Below, one piece after another: positions 1 to 9,847 of a stretch of 64,000 nucleotides of DNA (its first letter is position 1; each line of letters starts with the position of its first letter). Source of the DNA: Longimicrobiales bacterium (lineage in GTDB: Bacteria; Gemmatimonadota; Gemmatimonadetes; Longimicrobiales; Gaopeijiaceae); assembly GCA_965219445.1 (NCBI GenBank), contig CBDCNQ010000002.1, positions 448,001-512,000 of the forward strand, given 5' to 3'. The notes under the pieces are model-generated. The model worked only from the letters and a program-made list of their open reading frames with translations, was not told where the DNA came from and searched no databases. The translations under genes and the position numbers were made by a program.

Positions 1-2
1 CC

Positions 3-188
3 ATCGATGGGGTCGAGGTGTGTGGGCATGTGGGCTCTCTACAGGGGTCGGACGATGAAGTCTACATGAACGGGGCGGCGGTTCAAGTCGACGCTCGAGT
101 CGCGGAGTTCGGTCGGGTGCCTCCAATTGCTGAGGAGCGCTGGGCTCACCAAGTTCCGATGGAGAATCCCCTACCCTCGGTGAGGTGA
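3..188 (+). CDS. Possible 3' end of a gene entering from outside the window (unknown product)
   Basis: Open frame IDGVEVCGHVGSLQGSDDEVYMNGAAVQV...PSVR* from the window edge to TGA at 186-188; family not recognised. Confidence 0.4.
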   Translation: MDGVEVCGHVGSLQGSDDEVYMNGAAVQVDARVAEFGRVPPIAEERWAHQVPMENPLPSVR

Positions 189-210
189 GTTCCTTGTCCA
201 GGATATCAGC

Positions 211-238
211 GTGAAGCCTGCCACGTGAAGCCTGCCAC
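211..238 (+). repeat. 14-bp perfect tandem duplication at the start of the dipeptidase gene
   Basis: GTGAAGCCTGCCAC at 211-224 and again at 225-238. Confidence 0.9.
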
Positions 239-1328
239 TCGATCCAGCCGAAGCTCTCGTCCGCTGGCGCTGATGATTGCTTGGGGCGTTTGGGTCTCTG
301 CCTGCTCGAGGGACGGAAGCCCAAATCCGCCAGCGGACGCTACCCTCCCTCAGCCTGGGGTGATTGCATCCCGATCGCCGACCCCGGACGCCCCCCCTAC
401 CCGCTGGCTGGAGTTGCTCGGCGAATACGGCCCTACCGACGACGTCTGGCTGATCCTGGAGGACGAGTTACGGCTCCAGCTGAGGCACGGAGAGCTTGCC
501 TACCCTCTGGAGGAAGCCTCGGTGGATGAATTTCTCGGTCGTCCCTCGGGCGACGGAGCGACGGCGCGCCTCCTGTTCACGCGCGGAGGGGACGGCCGCG
601 CCGAGGGTTTCCAGTTGGGTGGAGCCCACTTCGCGAGGCGGGAGGTCGGCACCGTAGGAGCCGAGATCTTTCGGATCGAGCCTGTTCGGGACGTCGAGGA
701 GCTTCGCATCGAGGCGCTCGTGACGTCACCACCGGTGGAGGAAGGCGTTTTTCGCGAGTCCGAGCTGGTGGACCTCACGTCCTTGGATTCGACGATCAGG
801 CTCGATATCCGCTATGCCACCACGAACAACTTCATGAACGCTGTGTTCTACGAGGATTCCCGCGCCTTCCTTCAACGTCCGGGTGCCGAGGCCGTGGCGC
901 GGGCTCACAGAGCGCTTGCGCCCTATGGGTACGGACTACTCATCCACGATGGATATCGGCCCTGGTACGTGACCAAGATGTTCTGGGACGCGACGCCCAC
1001 GCATCAGCGTGAGTTCGTCGCGAATCCGGCGAATGGGTCGAGGCACAACCGAGGGGCGGCCGTCGATCTCTCCCTCTACGATCTGGTGAGCGGAGATCCG
1101 GTTGAGATGCCGGGGGGATATGATGAGTTCTCCCACCGCTCGTATTCCGACTATCCGGGCGGCACCGCGAGACAGCGGTGGCACCGCGACCTGCTACGGC
1201 AGGTGATGGAAGCCGAGGGATTCACCGTCAATTCCGGTGAATGGTGGCATTTCGACTACCGGGATTGGCGGGAGTACGGAATCCAGAATGAGGTTTTCGG
1301 CGAAATCGGTGCTACCCCACCCGCTTAG
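225..1328 (+). CDS. D-Ala-D-Ala dipeptidase (M15D, VanX/DdpX family) with lipoprotein-like N-terminal extension
   Basis: DIRYATTNNF, DGYRP, SRHNRGAAVDLSL and EWWHFDY motifs; hydrophobic stretch followed by VSAC lipobox. Confidence 0.9.
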   Translation: MKPATRSSRSSRPLALMIAWGVWVSACSRDGSPNPPADATLPQPGVIASRSPTPDAPPTRWLELLGEYGPTDDVWLILEDELRLQLRHGELAYPLEEASVDEFLGRPSGDGATARLLFTRGGDGRAEGFQLGGAHFARREVGTVGAEIFRIEPVRDVEELRIEALVTSPPVEEGVFRESELVDLTSLDSTIRLDIRYATTNNFMNAVFYEDSRAFLQRPGAEAVARAHRALAPYGYGLLIHDGYRPWYVTKMFWDATPTHQREFVANPANGSRHNRGAAVDLSLYDLVSGDPVEMPGGYDEFSHRSYSDYPGGTARQRWHRDLLRQVMEAEGFTVNSGEWWHFDYRDWREYGIQNEVFGEIGATPPA

Positions 1329-2641
1329 TTGTGCTGAAAGGACAGCGCCACGCTGGCGGCTCTGAACTCGCCCGCCGAATTCTTCTCGGTGAGGTAGGCT
1401 CCTGAAAGGTGCACCGGACCCATCTCTAGGCCGAAGCCTGCGGCAAAGTGAACGGCCCCACCCGAGATACGCGACAGGCCCCCACGCAGCGGCAGGAACG
1501 GGATCACGCGGAATTCCAGGCCCATCCCTATCTGCGATCCCTCGCCGTGGACCAGCGCCTCTCCTGAGTCGTGCCGGAAATCCGCCGTGATAGAGATCCG
1601 TTCCGTGGCACGGTAGGCAACGCCCAGGTTGAGAACCGGCCCGAAGCTTTGCCCCAAGAGTTCATCCTGGAGCGAGGCGGGTGCACCCGCCACCGGGAGT
1701 GGGTCGAAGTCGGTCGCAGTCGAGTCGTTGTCGGCGAAGACGGTGCCCGGCCGGAAAGCGAAAGCGTCGAGGTTCCACTGAAATGTGTGAAAGACGTTCT
1801 GCACCGCAGCGCTGATGGCCCAGGTCGAGCCCTCCCAGGCCAGCGCGAGGTCCAGGCCCATGCCCGTACCGTTGCTTACGGTAAAGCTGTCCGGAAGGAT
1901 CATGGGAAGCTCGAGGTCCATCCCGATCGGGTTGGCTGTAATCACGCTGTTGTCGTCACGGGTCGCGACCACGGCATGGCCGACGGTGTATTTCAGGGTG
2001 GCTCCGGCCGCCAGGCTTCCGCCTTTTGTCTCAGGCAACGGGATTCCTAACGCGAGCGCCACAGTCGTTGCCGCCCACCCGTCCCCTGCTGTGCCTGTCA
2101 ACGTCATATCCCGCGCGGTGCCGGTGCGGCCCGCGTTGCCAAACAAGGCCAACTCGACAGCGTCCGGACTCAGTGTGGCGTCGGTATCACCAACGGTCGA
2201 GATCTGCAGGCCTACAGGCCCGGCGCTCAGCGCGAAAGCGGTCGCTGCGGCGCCGGCTCGTGCCGTGAGGCCGCCTTCAGTGATGACGGACTGGAGCCAC
2301 GCGTCCTTCGTTGCCACGGGAATCGTCTGTCCGGCGAGAGCATCGATTTCGCTAAGACTGATGGCGTTCAAACCTACCCGGGCCTGAACTGGGAGTAGCG
2401 CGAGGGAGAACCCCGGGTTCCCGGGCATGCCGAGTCCGGCTGGGTTCAGGGCGATAGCCGTGAAGCCCCTTGCCAGGGCTGTATAGTTGTTCGCTGTGCC
2501 AAGCGCCGCGGTGCTCGCCGACGGCAGTTGGCCGGCCACGGCACGAGGGAATGATACCGCCGCTAGTGTTAGACATAGGTTCACCGCGGCCACTGCTTGC
2601 TTCGACATCATCGCTCCGTACCTCCATGTAGGTTGCTTCAT
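1325..2641 (-). CDS. Putative outer-membrane beta-barrel (FadL/TraF/DUF5723-like)
   Basis: Signal peptide; ALG..NYTALARGFTAIALNPAGL plug-like motif; alternating beta-strand pattern to the C-terminus. Confidence 0.65.
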   Translation of the reverse strand: MKQPTWRYGAMMSKQAVAAVNLCLTLAAVSFPRAVAGQLPSASTAALGTANNYTALARGFTAIALNPAGLGMPGNPGFSLALLPVQARVGLNAISLSEIDALAGQTIPVATKDAWLQSVITEGGLTARAGAAATAFALSAGPVGLQISTVGDTDATLSPDAVELALFGNAGRTGTARDMTLTGTAGDGWAATTVALALGIPLPETKGGSLAAGATLKYTVGHAVVATRDDNSVITANPIGMDLELPMILPDSFTVSNGTGMGLDLALAWEGSTWAISAAVQNVFHTFQWNLDAFAFRPGTVFADNDSTATDFDPLPVAGAPASLQDELLGQSFGPVLNLGVAYRATERISITADFRHDSGEALVHGEGSQIGMGLEFRVIPFLPLRGGLSRISGGAVHFAAGFGLEMGPVHLSGAYLTEKNSAGEFRAASVALSFQHN

Positions 2642-3717
2642 CCTCCTAGCTCCAGCTCGACATCCAGGCTGGCATCGAGCGTCGCTTCCTGCGTCGGCGT
2701 AACCGTAGCCGGTACGCCGGGTGAGCTGACGGTGCCGGTGCCTCGGAAGAACACGCCCGTCTTGCCCAGGAAGGACTGGAGCTCAGGTCCCGTATAGGAA
2801 AGTGTTGCGGACGTGGTCGGCCCACTACCGATGTTCAGAGTCCTCTGAAGCGTCGTGATATTGGGGCCGCCGATTTCCAACACGACGTCGATCGCCACGC
2901 CAAACGGGTTCTGAACATCCAGGACCAGTGAGCCACTCTGAATGTTGTCCACCAAATCGGCGTCGATGCCGCTCACGTCGAGTGTCGTCTCGGGGATGCT
3001 GACCGCTCGGCCGTCCACGACGATCGTAACGGACGAAACGAGGATCGAACCCACGGTTGCCGTGATATCGAAGACGGCGTTGACGTCGATCAGGACTGGG
3101 TCGCCCACGGGGGAATTGATGTCGATCACGGTCAGAATCGTCGGCGTTACCGTTCCGGCAGTCATGGTGATCGGGATCGTCGTGAGACCCCCATTCGGCA
3201 GGGAATTGGTGGGGCCAGCCAGCGCCACCTGACCGAGAACGCGGCCGAGGATGTCCCCGTCGTAGACGGTCATGGTCATGGTTCCGGGGTTGGCCACGGC
3301 CGGATTGATGGGGTCGAAGCCGAGGTTGTTCTGGATGGCCAGAGAAACCGATCCGCTCACCAGCGCTGCCGACACGACATCGGTCGGAAGGGTGCCACTC
3401 TCATTGTACGAAGTGTTGAACGCCGGCTTGGGTACCGTGAGCCCATCGACGGGACCACAAGCTCCGCACAACCCACCGAGCGTTTGGTTCAGCGTGAACG
3501 GGGCCACGTCCACCTGGAAGTTTCCACCGGCCGTGTCGACGTTTGCCGGAAGGAGCTCGGCAACGGAAATCGACTTGTCCTCGATGGGAATTACCCAGCG
3601 TTGCCCGATGATGGGTAGTTCCGTCGGGACGTCACATCCGGAAAGGGCAGCAATGGCAAGAAGAAGGCCTGCATGCCCGAGAGGCGCACGAAGACGAGGC
3701 CGGGTGCAAGACTGCAT
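2638..3717 (-). CDS. Beta-rich lipoprotein, translationally coupled to the barrel gene
   Basis: Likely ATG at 3717; LLLAIAALSGC lipobox; stop overlaps the next start (ATGA). Confidence 0.7.
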   Translation of the reverse strand: MQSCTRPRLRAPLGHAGLLLAIAALSGCDVPTELPIIGQRWVIPIEDKSISVAELLPANVDTAGGNFQVDVAPFTLNQTLGGLCGACGPVDGLTVPKPAFNTSYNESGTLPTDVVSAALVSGSVSLAIQNNLGFDPINPAVANPGTMTMTVYDGDILGRVLGQVALAGPTNSLPNGGLTTIPITMTAGTVTPTILTVIDINSPVGDPVLIDVNAVFDITATVGSILVSSVTIVVDGRAVSIPETTLDVSGIDADLVDNIQSGSLVLDVQNPFGVAIDVVLEIGGPNITTLQRTLNIGSGPTTSATLSYTGPELQSFLGKTGVFFRGTGTVSSPGVPATVTPTQEATLDASLDVELELGG

Positions 3718-4151
3718 GAAGGACACCTTGAGTTCTTGTTGAGGAAGATCGATACGGGGCGATAAGGAGGCATTTCCAAGATAACAACCGGCGGTCGCCG
3801 GTTGCGAGGAAAATTTACGCTGCGGTGCGCGCGAGGTACGACATACTGCCCGAGGCACGCCGCAGCGAATCCGACGTCGGCGGGGGACCGCGATTGGTCA
3901 ACCTTGAGTGGTGGAGTTGGCGACCCCCGACGTCGAATGTTCCGCGAACTTTGGTCAGACCTGGTGGGGTGCGGTCCAGCAGGTTCTCCCTAGAACCCAA
4001 ACACGAATCCGAGGAGCGGCCCGTGCGTAGTAGTGTCGTACGACGCGGTCACAATGCGGATGGCTCCCCCCTGAACCTATTGGACCAACGTCCAATGTTG
4101 GCGTGGGTTCAGCTTCTCGGCCGAACTGAGCCGATCAGCCCCAGCTCCACC

Positions 4152-5249
4152 GAGTCGCTCCCGTTTACCGCGCTTGGGAGCTTCACATGGGAGTGCTGCG
4201 GCGAGACCCACCTGATGTCGATCAACGATTTTGGCAACACCACGATTGGAGGGGCAATGCTCGGGGAGATGTTCTACCGCCTTGCCTCCACGATTTTGGA
4301 CAACGAATCCGAGGGCACCGAGCGTGCCTGGCGGGAAGCGGGCGTGGTGGCTTTGAATCCCGGACGGGGTGTGACCCGGATATTCACTGGGCGTGCGTTT
4401 GACGATGGTATGAACCCGACAGACCCCCTCGACTACAGGGGGAATCGCCTCTTCAACACGTTCAACTTCGGGTACCGAATGGTTGGAGAAGGAGATCGAT
4501 TGGACTTCTCGGAGGACGAGGCTCACTTCTTCGTCGAAATGGACCTCTCTTTCGGAAATCCGTTCGACATGGAACGAAACAAGCCGTTCGACTTTTTCAC
4601 TCTTGGGGTCCAGTTGAACTTCAGGGACAAGAAACCGCTCGGCAGACTCCAGGGGCGCGGCACTCTGCGCAATTTCGAGCTGAGCCGCTCCGAGACCCGT
4701 CAGCAACTCTTCTCCATCGCGCACTACTTCGACTACTTCGACAACAACGCGTATGAGTTTGGCGGTCAAAGCGTGGGGTTCATCTACCTGTCCAACTGGA
4801 TCCGGTCGCACCGCACTCGCCTCGTGGTTGCCACCGACATCCACGCGATGCTGATGGGCGGGGTGAACACGGAATACGCCGAGTTCGCCGAGATCCCGGG
4901 CGTGCGGGAGCGTGACCGAGAGTATGACTTCGGGTCCGGCTTCGGGAACTGGCTCCAGTTCCGAGTGCTCCGCGATGAGTACCGGATCGTGGACCTGAGC
5001 TATCGAATCAACTGGATACACACGTTGAACGGGACCAACGTCGGGGGCCAGAATACCGATCACATCATTCAACAGGCGACCGTCAGGCTCGGATGGCCAT
5101 TGAGTGCCAGCTGGGGAGTAGCCGTTGAGAGCTCAGTTTTCCTCCGGAACAGCTACTTCGAGGAAGATTTCTTCGACGACGTGCGGCAAAGGAATCCGGA
5201 GCTGCGAATCCTGGGGTCGTGGACGGTGGGGTCCAGAGGGGCCTTCTGA
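4152..5249 (+). pseudogene. 5'-truncated DUF3943-like outer-membrane protein
   Basis: ESLPFTALGSFTWE..GET...SINDFGNTTIGGAMLGE resembles the DUF3943 core; no signal peptide or HPY-containing N-terminal part upstream, and the upstream frame looks non-coding. Confidence 0.6.
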
Positions 5250-5378
5250 TCCGGTCCTTCGATTGACCCCGCCGGGGTGGCGGGCTTGTGTACTCCCGTC
5301 ACAGTCCCCCGCCCCACCTGAACTGGTAGGCCACGAGGAAGCTCTCGACTTCAGCAGCCATCATTCGGCCCCAGGAGT

Positions 5379-6050
5379 TTGCATGAGGCTCGGTCAGTGA
5401 TAAGGTCTACCGTCAACCTCGCCGTCGTCACGGGCGTGATGATGCTGGCCCCTTCCAGCGGACACGGTCAGAACGGTGGAGGATCCACTGCCGCAGCCTT
5501 TGTAGGGGCTGCTCTGGGAGCCACATCGGGTTCCATGCTCGGGCTCCTGGGAGGCTTGGAGGGGTGCAATCGGACTCTCCGCCCGTCGCGATGCAGTCGC
5601 ATCACCACTGCGACTGGGGCAGCCATCGGGCTTACCACCGGAGCCGTCATCGGATGGCAAAACGAGTCGGAGCTGGACGATCGCGTCGAGAGCGCAGCGC
5701 TGGGTGTCCTCTTGGGCGCCGGAGTGGGTTTGGGGCTGAAGAAATTCGTCCGGCAATATGAATGGCCCGACGTGGCTGCCGCCTCCCTTTTGGGACTTGC
5801 TATCGGCGCGTCGGCCGAGGGCTCCGGTCTCGGACTGGCCGCTGGAGCTGCGGCCGGAGTCTTACTGTGGCGCCTCCATCCCTCCGTGGGACCGGCCGGA
5901 ATCGTCGTATGGGCTCTGGCTGGACTGGCTGTCGGGGGGCTCACTGACTGGGTGGCCGATGCCGCGCGGGCAAGCTCCCGCGCACTTGATCCCACTCCAA
6001 TTCTCCGTTCCGCTGTGACGCCGTTCTTCGATTCACGGCTCCTTCTATAA
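5379..6050 (+). CDS. Gly/Ala-rich membrane protein (glycine-zipper-like)
   Basis: Signal-like N-terminus and repeated GxxxG hydrophobic helices; start uncertain. Confidence 0.6.
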   Translation: MHEARSVIRSTVNLAVVTGVMMLAPSSGHGQNGGGSTAAAFVGAALGATSGSMLGLLGGLEGCNRTLRPSRCSRITTATGAAIGLTTGAVIGWQNESELDDRVESAALGVLLGAGVGLGLKKFVRQYEWPDVAAASLLGLAIGASAEGSGLGLAAGAAAGVLLWRLHPSVGPAGIVVWALAGLAVGGLTDWVADAARASSRALDPTPILRSAVTPFFDSRLLL

Positions 6051-6239
6051 GATCGCCCGGTAGAAGGCCAGGCCGAGGAGGATTCGTAGCGTCAAGCGTG
6101 ATGTCTAATAAAAGTCCCAAATCCCCATGGATACGCCCGATCACGACTTTAAAGTTACATAACCCTTGCGTCCGAACCAACGACCGTCGTATCCTTGGGG
6201 CGACACTTGTAAGGTACAAATCGCCCTGTGAGGGTCAAA

Positions 6240-6527
6240 ATGGGACATTTAAGTTACACATCCGCAACCGATCGGGAGGTGATGCAGGAGCTCGGGCGCC
6301 GCCTGGTGGCGCTCCGCGAATCTCAGCGCCTGACGATGCTGGAGGCCGCCGAGCGGGCGGCCCTGTCTCGCCAGACGCTGTACCGGGCGGAGCGAGGGCA
6401 GAACCCTACGCTCGTTACGATCGTGCGACTGCTTCGAGTCTACGGCCGGCTCGCTGCCCTGGAGAGCTTCATTCCCGAGCCCGAGATCTCCCCAATGGCC
6501 GTCCTCGAAGAGCGGCGGGCGACGTAG
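6240..6527 (+). CDS. hipB: XRE-family HTH antitoxin (HipB-like)
   Basis: ELGRRLVALRESQRLTMLEAAERAALSRQTLYRAERG HTH; 1 nt upstream of the hipA-like gene. Confidence 0.8.
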   Translation: MGHLSYTSATDREVMQELGRRLVALRESQRLTMLEAAERAALSRQTLYRAERGQNPTLVTIVRLLRVYGRLAALESFIPEPEISPMAVLEERRAT

Positions 6528-6528
6528 C

Positions 6529-7818
6529 GTGGCCACCGTCCTTGCCGACGCCGAGGTCCGCCTCTGGGGCGAGACGGTGGGTGCGGTCGTGGAGCTCGAC
6601 AACGGCCGCATCCTCTTCGAGTACGCCGACGCTTTCCGGCGCCGCGGGCTGGACATCTCCCCCATCCACCTTCCCACATCCCGGGAGGGTCCCCTCGGCT
6701 TCGACGAGCTCCTGAGGCGGCCGGCCTTTCGGGGCCTCCCCGGTGTGCTCGCCGACTCACTCCCCGACGCGTTCGGCAACAAGGTCATCCGGGCATATTT
6801 CGAGGCCCGCGGCGAGTCGGCCCGGGCGCTCAGTCCCGTCCAGCGACTGCTGTACGTCGGGGAGCGGGCCCTGGGTGCGCTCACCTTTCACCCCGCTGAG
6901 GACATTCCGACCCGCGAGGCCGAGCTCGAGTCGCTCGAGGTCGCCGCCCTGGTCCGTGACGCGCGGCGCATCGTCCAGGGCGAGCCCGAGGTGGCGATCC
7001 CCGAGATCTATCGCATCGGGTCCTCGGCGGGTGGCATGCGTCCGAAGGCCGTCATCCTCTACGACCCGGCGGACGGCTCCATCCGATCCTCGAACGCGCC
7101 GCCTGGGCCCGAGGATCTCCCCTGCATCCTCAAGTTCGATGGCGTGGGTGACGGCGTGACTCCCGACCGCCTCGGGGCCCCCATGCCCTTTAACCGCGTG
7201 GAGGCCGCGTACTCGGAGATGGCGCGGGCGGCGGGACTCGAGGCGACCCGTGTCGAGGTCCTCGAGCACAAAGGTTACGCACACCTCCTCATCCGCCGCT
7301 TCGACCTCGAGGACGGCGAGCGGATTCACCAACACACCCTCGGGGGACTCGTCCACGTCGACTACAACGACCGCGGGGCGAGCTCGTACGAAGAATACCT
7401 ACGGACCGTCTTCAGGCTCGGGATGACGTACGGTCCTCTCGAGCAGGCGTACCGCCGGATGGTCTTCAACGTGCTCGCCATCAACCAGGACGATCACGTG
7501 AAGAATCTGTCCTTCCACATGCGCCCCGACGGGGAGTGGTCCCTGGCGCCGGCATACGACCTCACCTTCGCCCGCGGAGTGGACTGGACGTCGGAGCACC
7601 AGATGCGCGTGCGCGACAAGACTGCCGGCATCCGTGAGTCCGACCTTCTCGCCGTGGCGAGAGAGTTTGGCGTGAAGAAGCCGGAGCGCATCCTCGAGGA
7701 GACCCGTTCGGCCGTGGCCGGCTGGGAGGGCTACGCTCAGGAATTCGCGGTCCCGCTGTCCACGGTCGTCGACGTGCGGAAGGCGTTGAACGAGCGGGTC
7801 AGGTCGCTGGAGGTCTAA
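6529..7818 (+). CDS. hipA: HipA-family kinase toxin
   Basis: SSAGGMRPKA P-loop, DDHVKNLSF catalytic loop, LAPAYDL; N-terminal ADSLPDAFG. Confidence 0.92.
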   Translation: MATVLADAEVRLWGETVGAVVELDNGRILFEYADAFRRRGLDISPIHLPTSREGPLGFDELLRRPAFRGLPGVLADSLPDAFGNKVIRAYFEARGESARALSPVQRLLYVGERALGALTFHPAEDIPTREAELESLEVAALVRDARRIVQGEPEVAIPEIYRIGSSAGGMRPKAVILYDPADGSIRSSNAPPGPEDLPCILKFDGVGDGVTPDRLGAPMPFNRVEAAYSEMARAAGLEATRVEVLEHKGYAHLLIRRFDLEDGERIHQHTLGGLVHVDYNDRGASSYEEYLRTVFRLGMTYGPLEQAYRRMVFNVLAINQDDHVKNLSFHMRPDGEWSLAPAYDLTFARGVDWTSEHQMRVRDKTAGIRESDLLAVAREFGVKKPERILEETRSAVAGWEGYAQEFAVPLSTVVDVRKALNERVRSLEV

Positions 7819-7961
7819 GGCCGAGAGAGAGAGACCGCGGTCTCCCGCCCGCGCAGGACGCCTGTTTGACCGGAGAGAGGCACGACGCCGATCGCGTTCG
7901 CCGTAAGCGCTATCAGGAGTGCGAAGCCGGGGCCCTTGGTCTTGGGTTTACAAGTGCGCAT
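7815..7961 (-). pseudogene. N-terminal stub of a secreted protein (TonB-dependent-receptor-like start)
   Basis: MRTCKPKTKGPGFALLIALTANAIGVVPLSG-QTGVLRGR, then the frame degenerates. Confidence 0.4.
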
Positions 7962-8191
7962 GGGGTTGGGCGAGGAGGGAAAGGGAGGAGTCGGGCACAT
8001 CGTAATCTGACACGCCAACCGCCCGATCCGCAAAGTGCAGCACCGCATTATCGCACCGGCCGATTCGTTTAGTCGGTGCCGATGCTTGCGCCCACCCACG
8101 CGCCCATTAGGATGTTGACTCGGTGTGATCCCCGAGTGCGCTGGGTCCGGCCCCATGTTTCTATCGATGGGGCGGCCAAAAAGGAGGAACC

Positions 8192-9223
8192 ATGTCAGGA
8201 GACGGATCGCGGTGGGCCGGCAGCGTGGCGGCTTTATTGCTGACTGCAGGACTGTTCGCCTGTGGTGTCGAAACCGAAACCGAGGACCAGAGCTACCCGG
8301 CGATGACGACCATGGCGGAGTACCAGCACGCGATGGAGGAACTGTCCAACTGGGGCCGTTGGGGACCGGAGGACGAGCTGGGCGCGGCGAACCTCATCAC
8401 GCCGGCAAAGCGGAGGGCCGCGGCCGCGCTCGTAACCGAAGGGATCAGCGTTTCGCTCGCGCACGATGTCGTGCAGGAAACGGCACTCGACGCCACGACG
8501 ATTCTGAATCGTGAAGTGCTGCGGGTCAGCGCGACGGGCGCCTCCGACCGGTATCAGTACACCGGGTCGTACCACGGCGTCATCCATAGCCACCTCGATG
8601 CGGTCGACTGCCACATCATGGTCGATGGCAAGGGCTACAACGGCGTGGCGATGGAGGACATCGAGGCGACGGGCGGCTGTCCGCAGGGGAGCATCAACGC
8701 TCTGAAGGACGGCATCGTCACACGTGGCATCCTCTTCGATGCCACGCTCCTTCCGGGCAACGCCACCCCAGAGGGGTGGGTCGAGCCCGGGACTGCGATC
8801 CGAGCCGCGGACCTCGAGGCCCTGGAAGAGATCGAGGGCGTGAGGGTCGAGCCGGGTGACGTGATCCTGCTTTACACGGGTCGCTGGAAGCGGCGTGCCG
8901 CGCTGGGGCCGTGGCCGACCTCGGAGGGCGTGGCCGGCTATCATGCCGACGTCGCCTACTTCATGAAGGAGCGCGGCGTGTCGTTCATCGGCCACGACAT
9001 GTGGAACGACGTCTTCCCCCACGAATTCTCCGACGGTGAGCGCCTCCCACTGCACCGGCTCGCGCTGGTCTCGCTCGGCGTCGGGATTTTCGACAATCTC
9101 GATTTCGAGCGGGTTGCCGAAGAGGCCAGACGTCTAGGGAAGTACGAATTCCTGTTTACGGCCGCGCCGCTGAGAATCGAACAGGGGATGGGCTCGCCCA
9201 TCAATCCGATCGCGACGTTTTAG
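8192..9223 (+). CDS. Cyclase family (kynurenine formamidase-like) metal hydrolase, lipoprotein
   Basis: SNWGRWGPEDELGAANLIT, HSHLDA, ENL-equivalent DNLDF, GSPINPIA; LFAC lipobox; AGGAGG RBS. Confidence 0.88.
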   Translation: MSGDGSRWAGSVAALLLTAGLFACGVETETEDQSYPAMTTMAEYQHAMEELSNWGRWGPEDELGAANLITPAKRRAAAALVTEGISVSLAHDVVQETALDATTILNREVLRVSATGASDRYQYTGSYHGVIHSHLDAVDCHIMVDGKGYNGVAMEDIEATGGCPQGSINALKDGIVTRGILFDATLLPGNATPEGWVEPGTAIRAADLEALEEIEGVRVEPGDVILLYTGRWKRRAALGPWPTSEGVAGYHADVAYFMKERGVSFIGHDMWNDVFPHEFSDGERLPLHRLALVSLGVGIFDNLDFERVAEEARRLGKYEFLFTAAPLRIEQGMGSPINPIATF

Positions 9224-9235
9224 CCGGCGATTATC

Positions 9236-9742
9236 GTGTCTCGTGACCGCGCCGCTGGCCCCGTGTTTGGCTTATTGATAGGTGCAGCAGTCGTGGCGCT
9301 CTTCCCCGTTCCAGCTCGCGGTTCGGTGCAGAGTCCCCCTTCGATTTCATGCGCGGATCTCTATTCCCGGTCACCGTTGGAGGACCTGACTCGTTGCGCC
9401 GAGCAGGGCAATGCTAGAGCGCAGTCTGCGCTCGGGTTGAAGTACGCGAGTGGTGCAGGCGTCCCGGAGGACGATGTCGAAGCGGTGCGCTGGTATCGGC
9501 TGGCCGCCGAGCAGGGGGATGCTGGCGCCCAATGGAGCCTTGGAACCATGTATGAGAAGGGTGATGGGGTGCCGCAAGACGACGTTCTCGCCTATATGTG
9601 GTGTCTTCTGTCCGCCGCCCAAGGAAACGCTTCGGCGCAGGAGACCACAGACATCATCGAGGGGCGGATGAGCCGGGAGCAAATCGCTGAGGCCGAAAGG
9701 CTGTCCCGCGAGTGGACGGAGACCCATCCCGGGGCCAACTGA
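9236..9742 (+). CDS. Sel1-repeat protein
   Basis: Repeated AEQG.A.AQ..LG..Y..G.GVP.D units. Confidence 0.9.
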   Translation: MSRDRAAGPVFGLLIGAAVVALFPVPARGSVQSPPSISCADLYSRSPLEDLTRCAEQGNARAQSALGLKYASGAGVPEDDVEAVRWYRLAAEQGDAGAQWSLGTMYEKGDGVPQDDVLAYMWCLLSAAQGNASAQETTDIIEGRMSREQIAEAERLSREWTETHPGAN

Positions 9743-9847
9743 GCTGGAGAGGTAGGGGCCCTCGACGGCCTTCTTTCCATGGCACCCCTATGGAGATCCC
9801 CAGGATGCCCAGTCGAGAAGGTGAAATCCGTCGTTCGACAGTCGTGT

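Noticed and set aside
225..1328. Vancomycin-resistance cluster
   Set aside because: No vanH, vanA or vanRS nearby; lone M15D peptidases are widespread.
3825..4151. N-terminal part of the 474-aa ORF
   Set aside because: Low-complexity Arg/Ser-rich translation with no signal peptide; probably non-coding read-through.
5267..5290. Rho-independent terminator after the DUF3943-like gene
   Set aside because: A GC hairpin (CCCGCC/GGCGGG) is present, but the U-tract is too weak to call.
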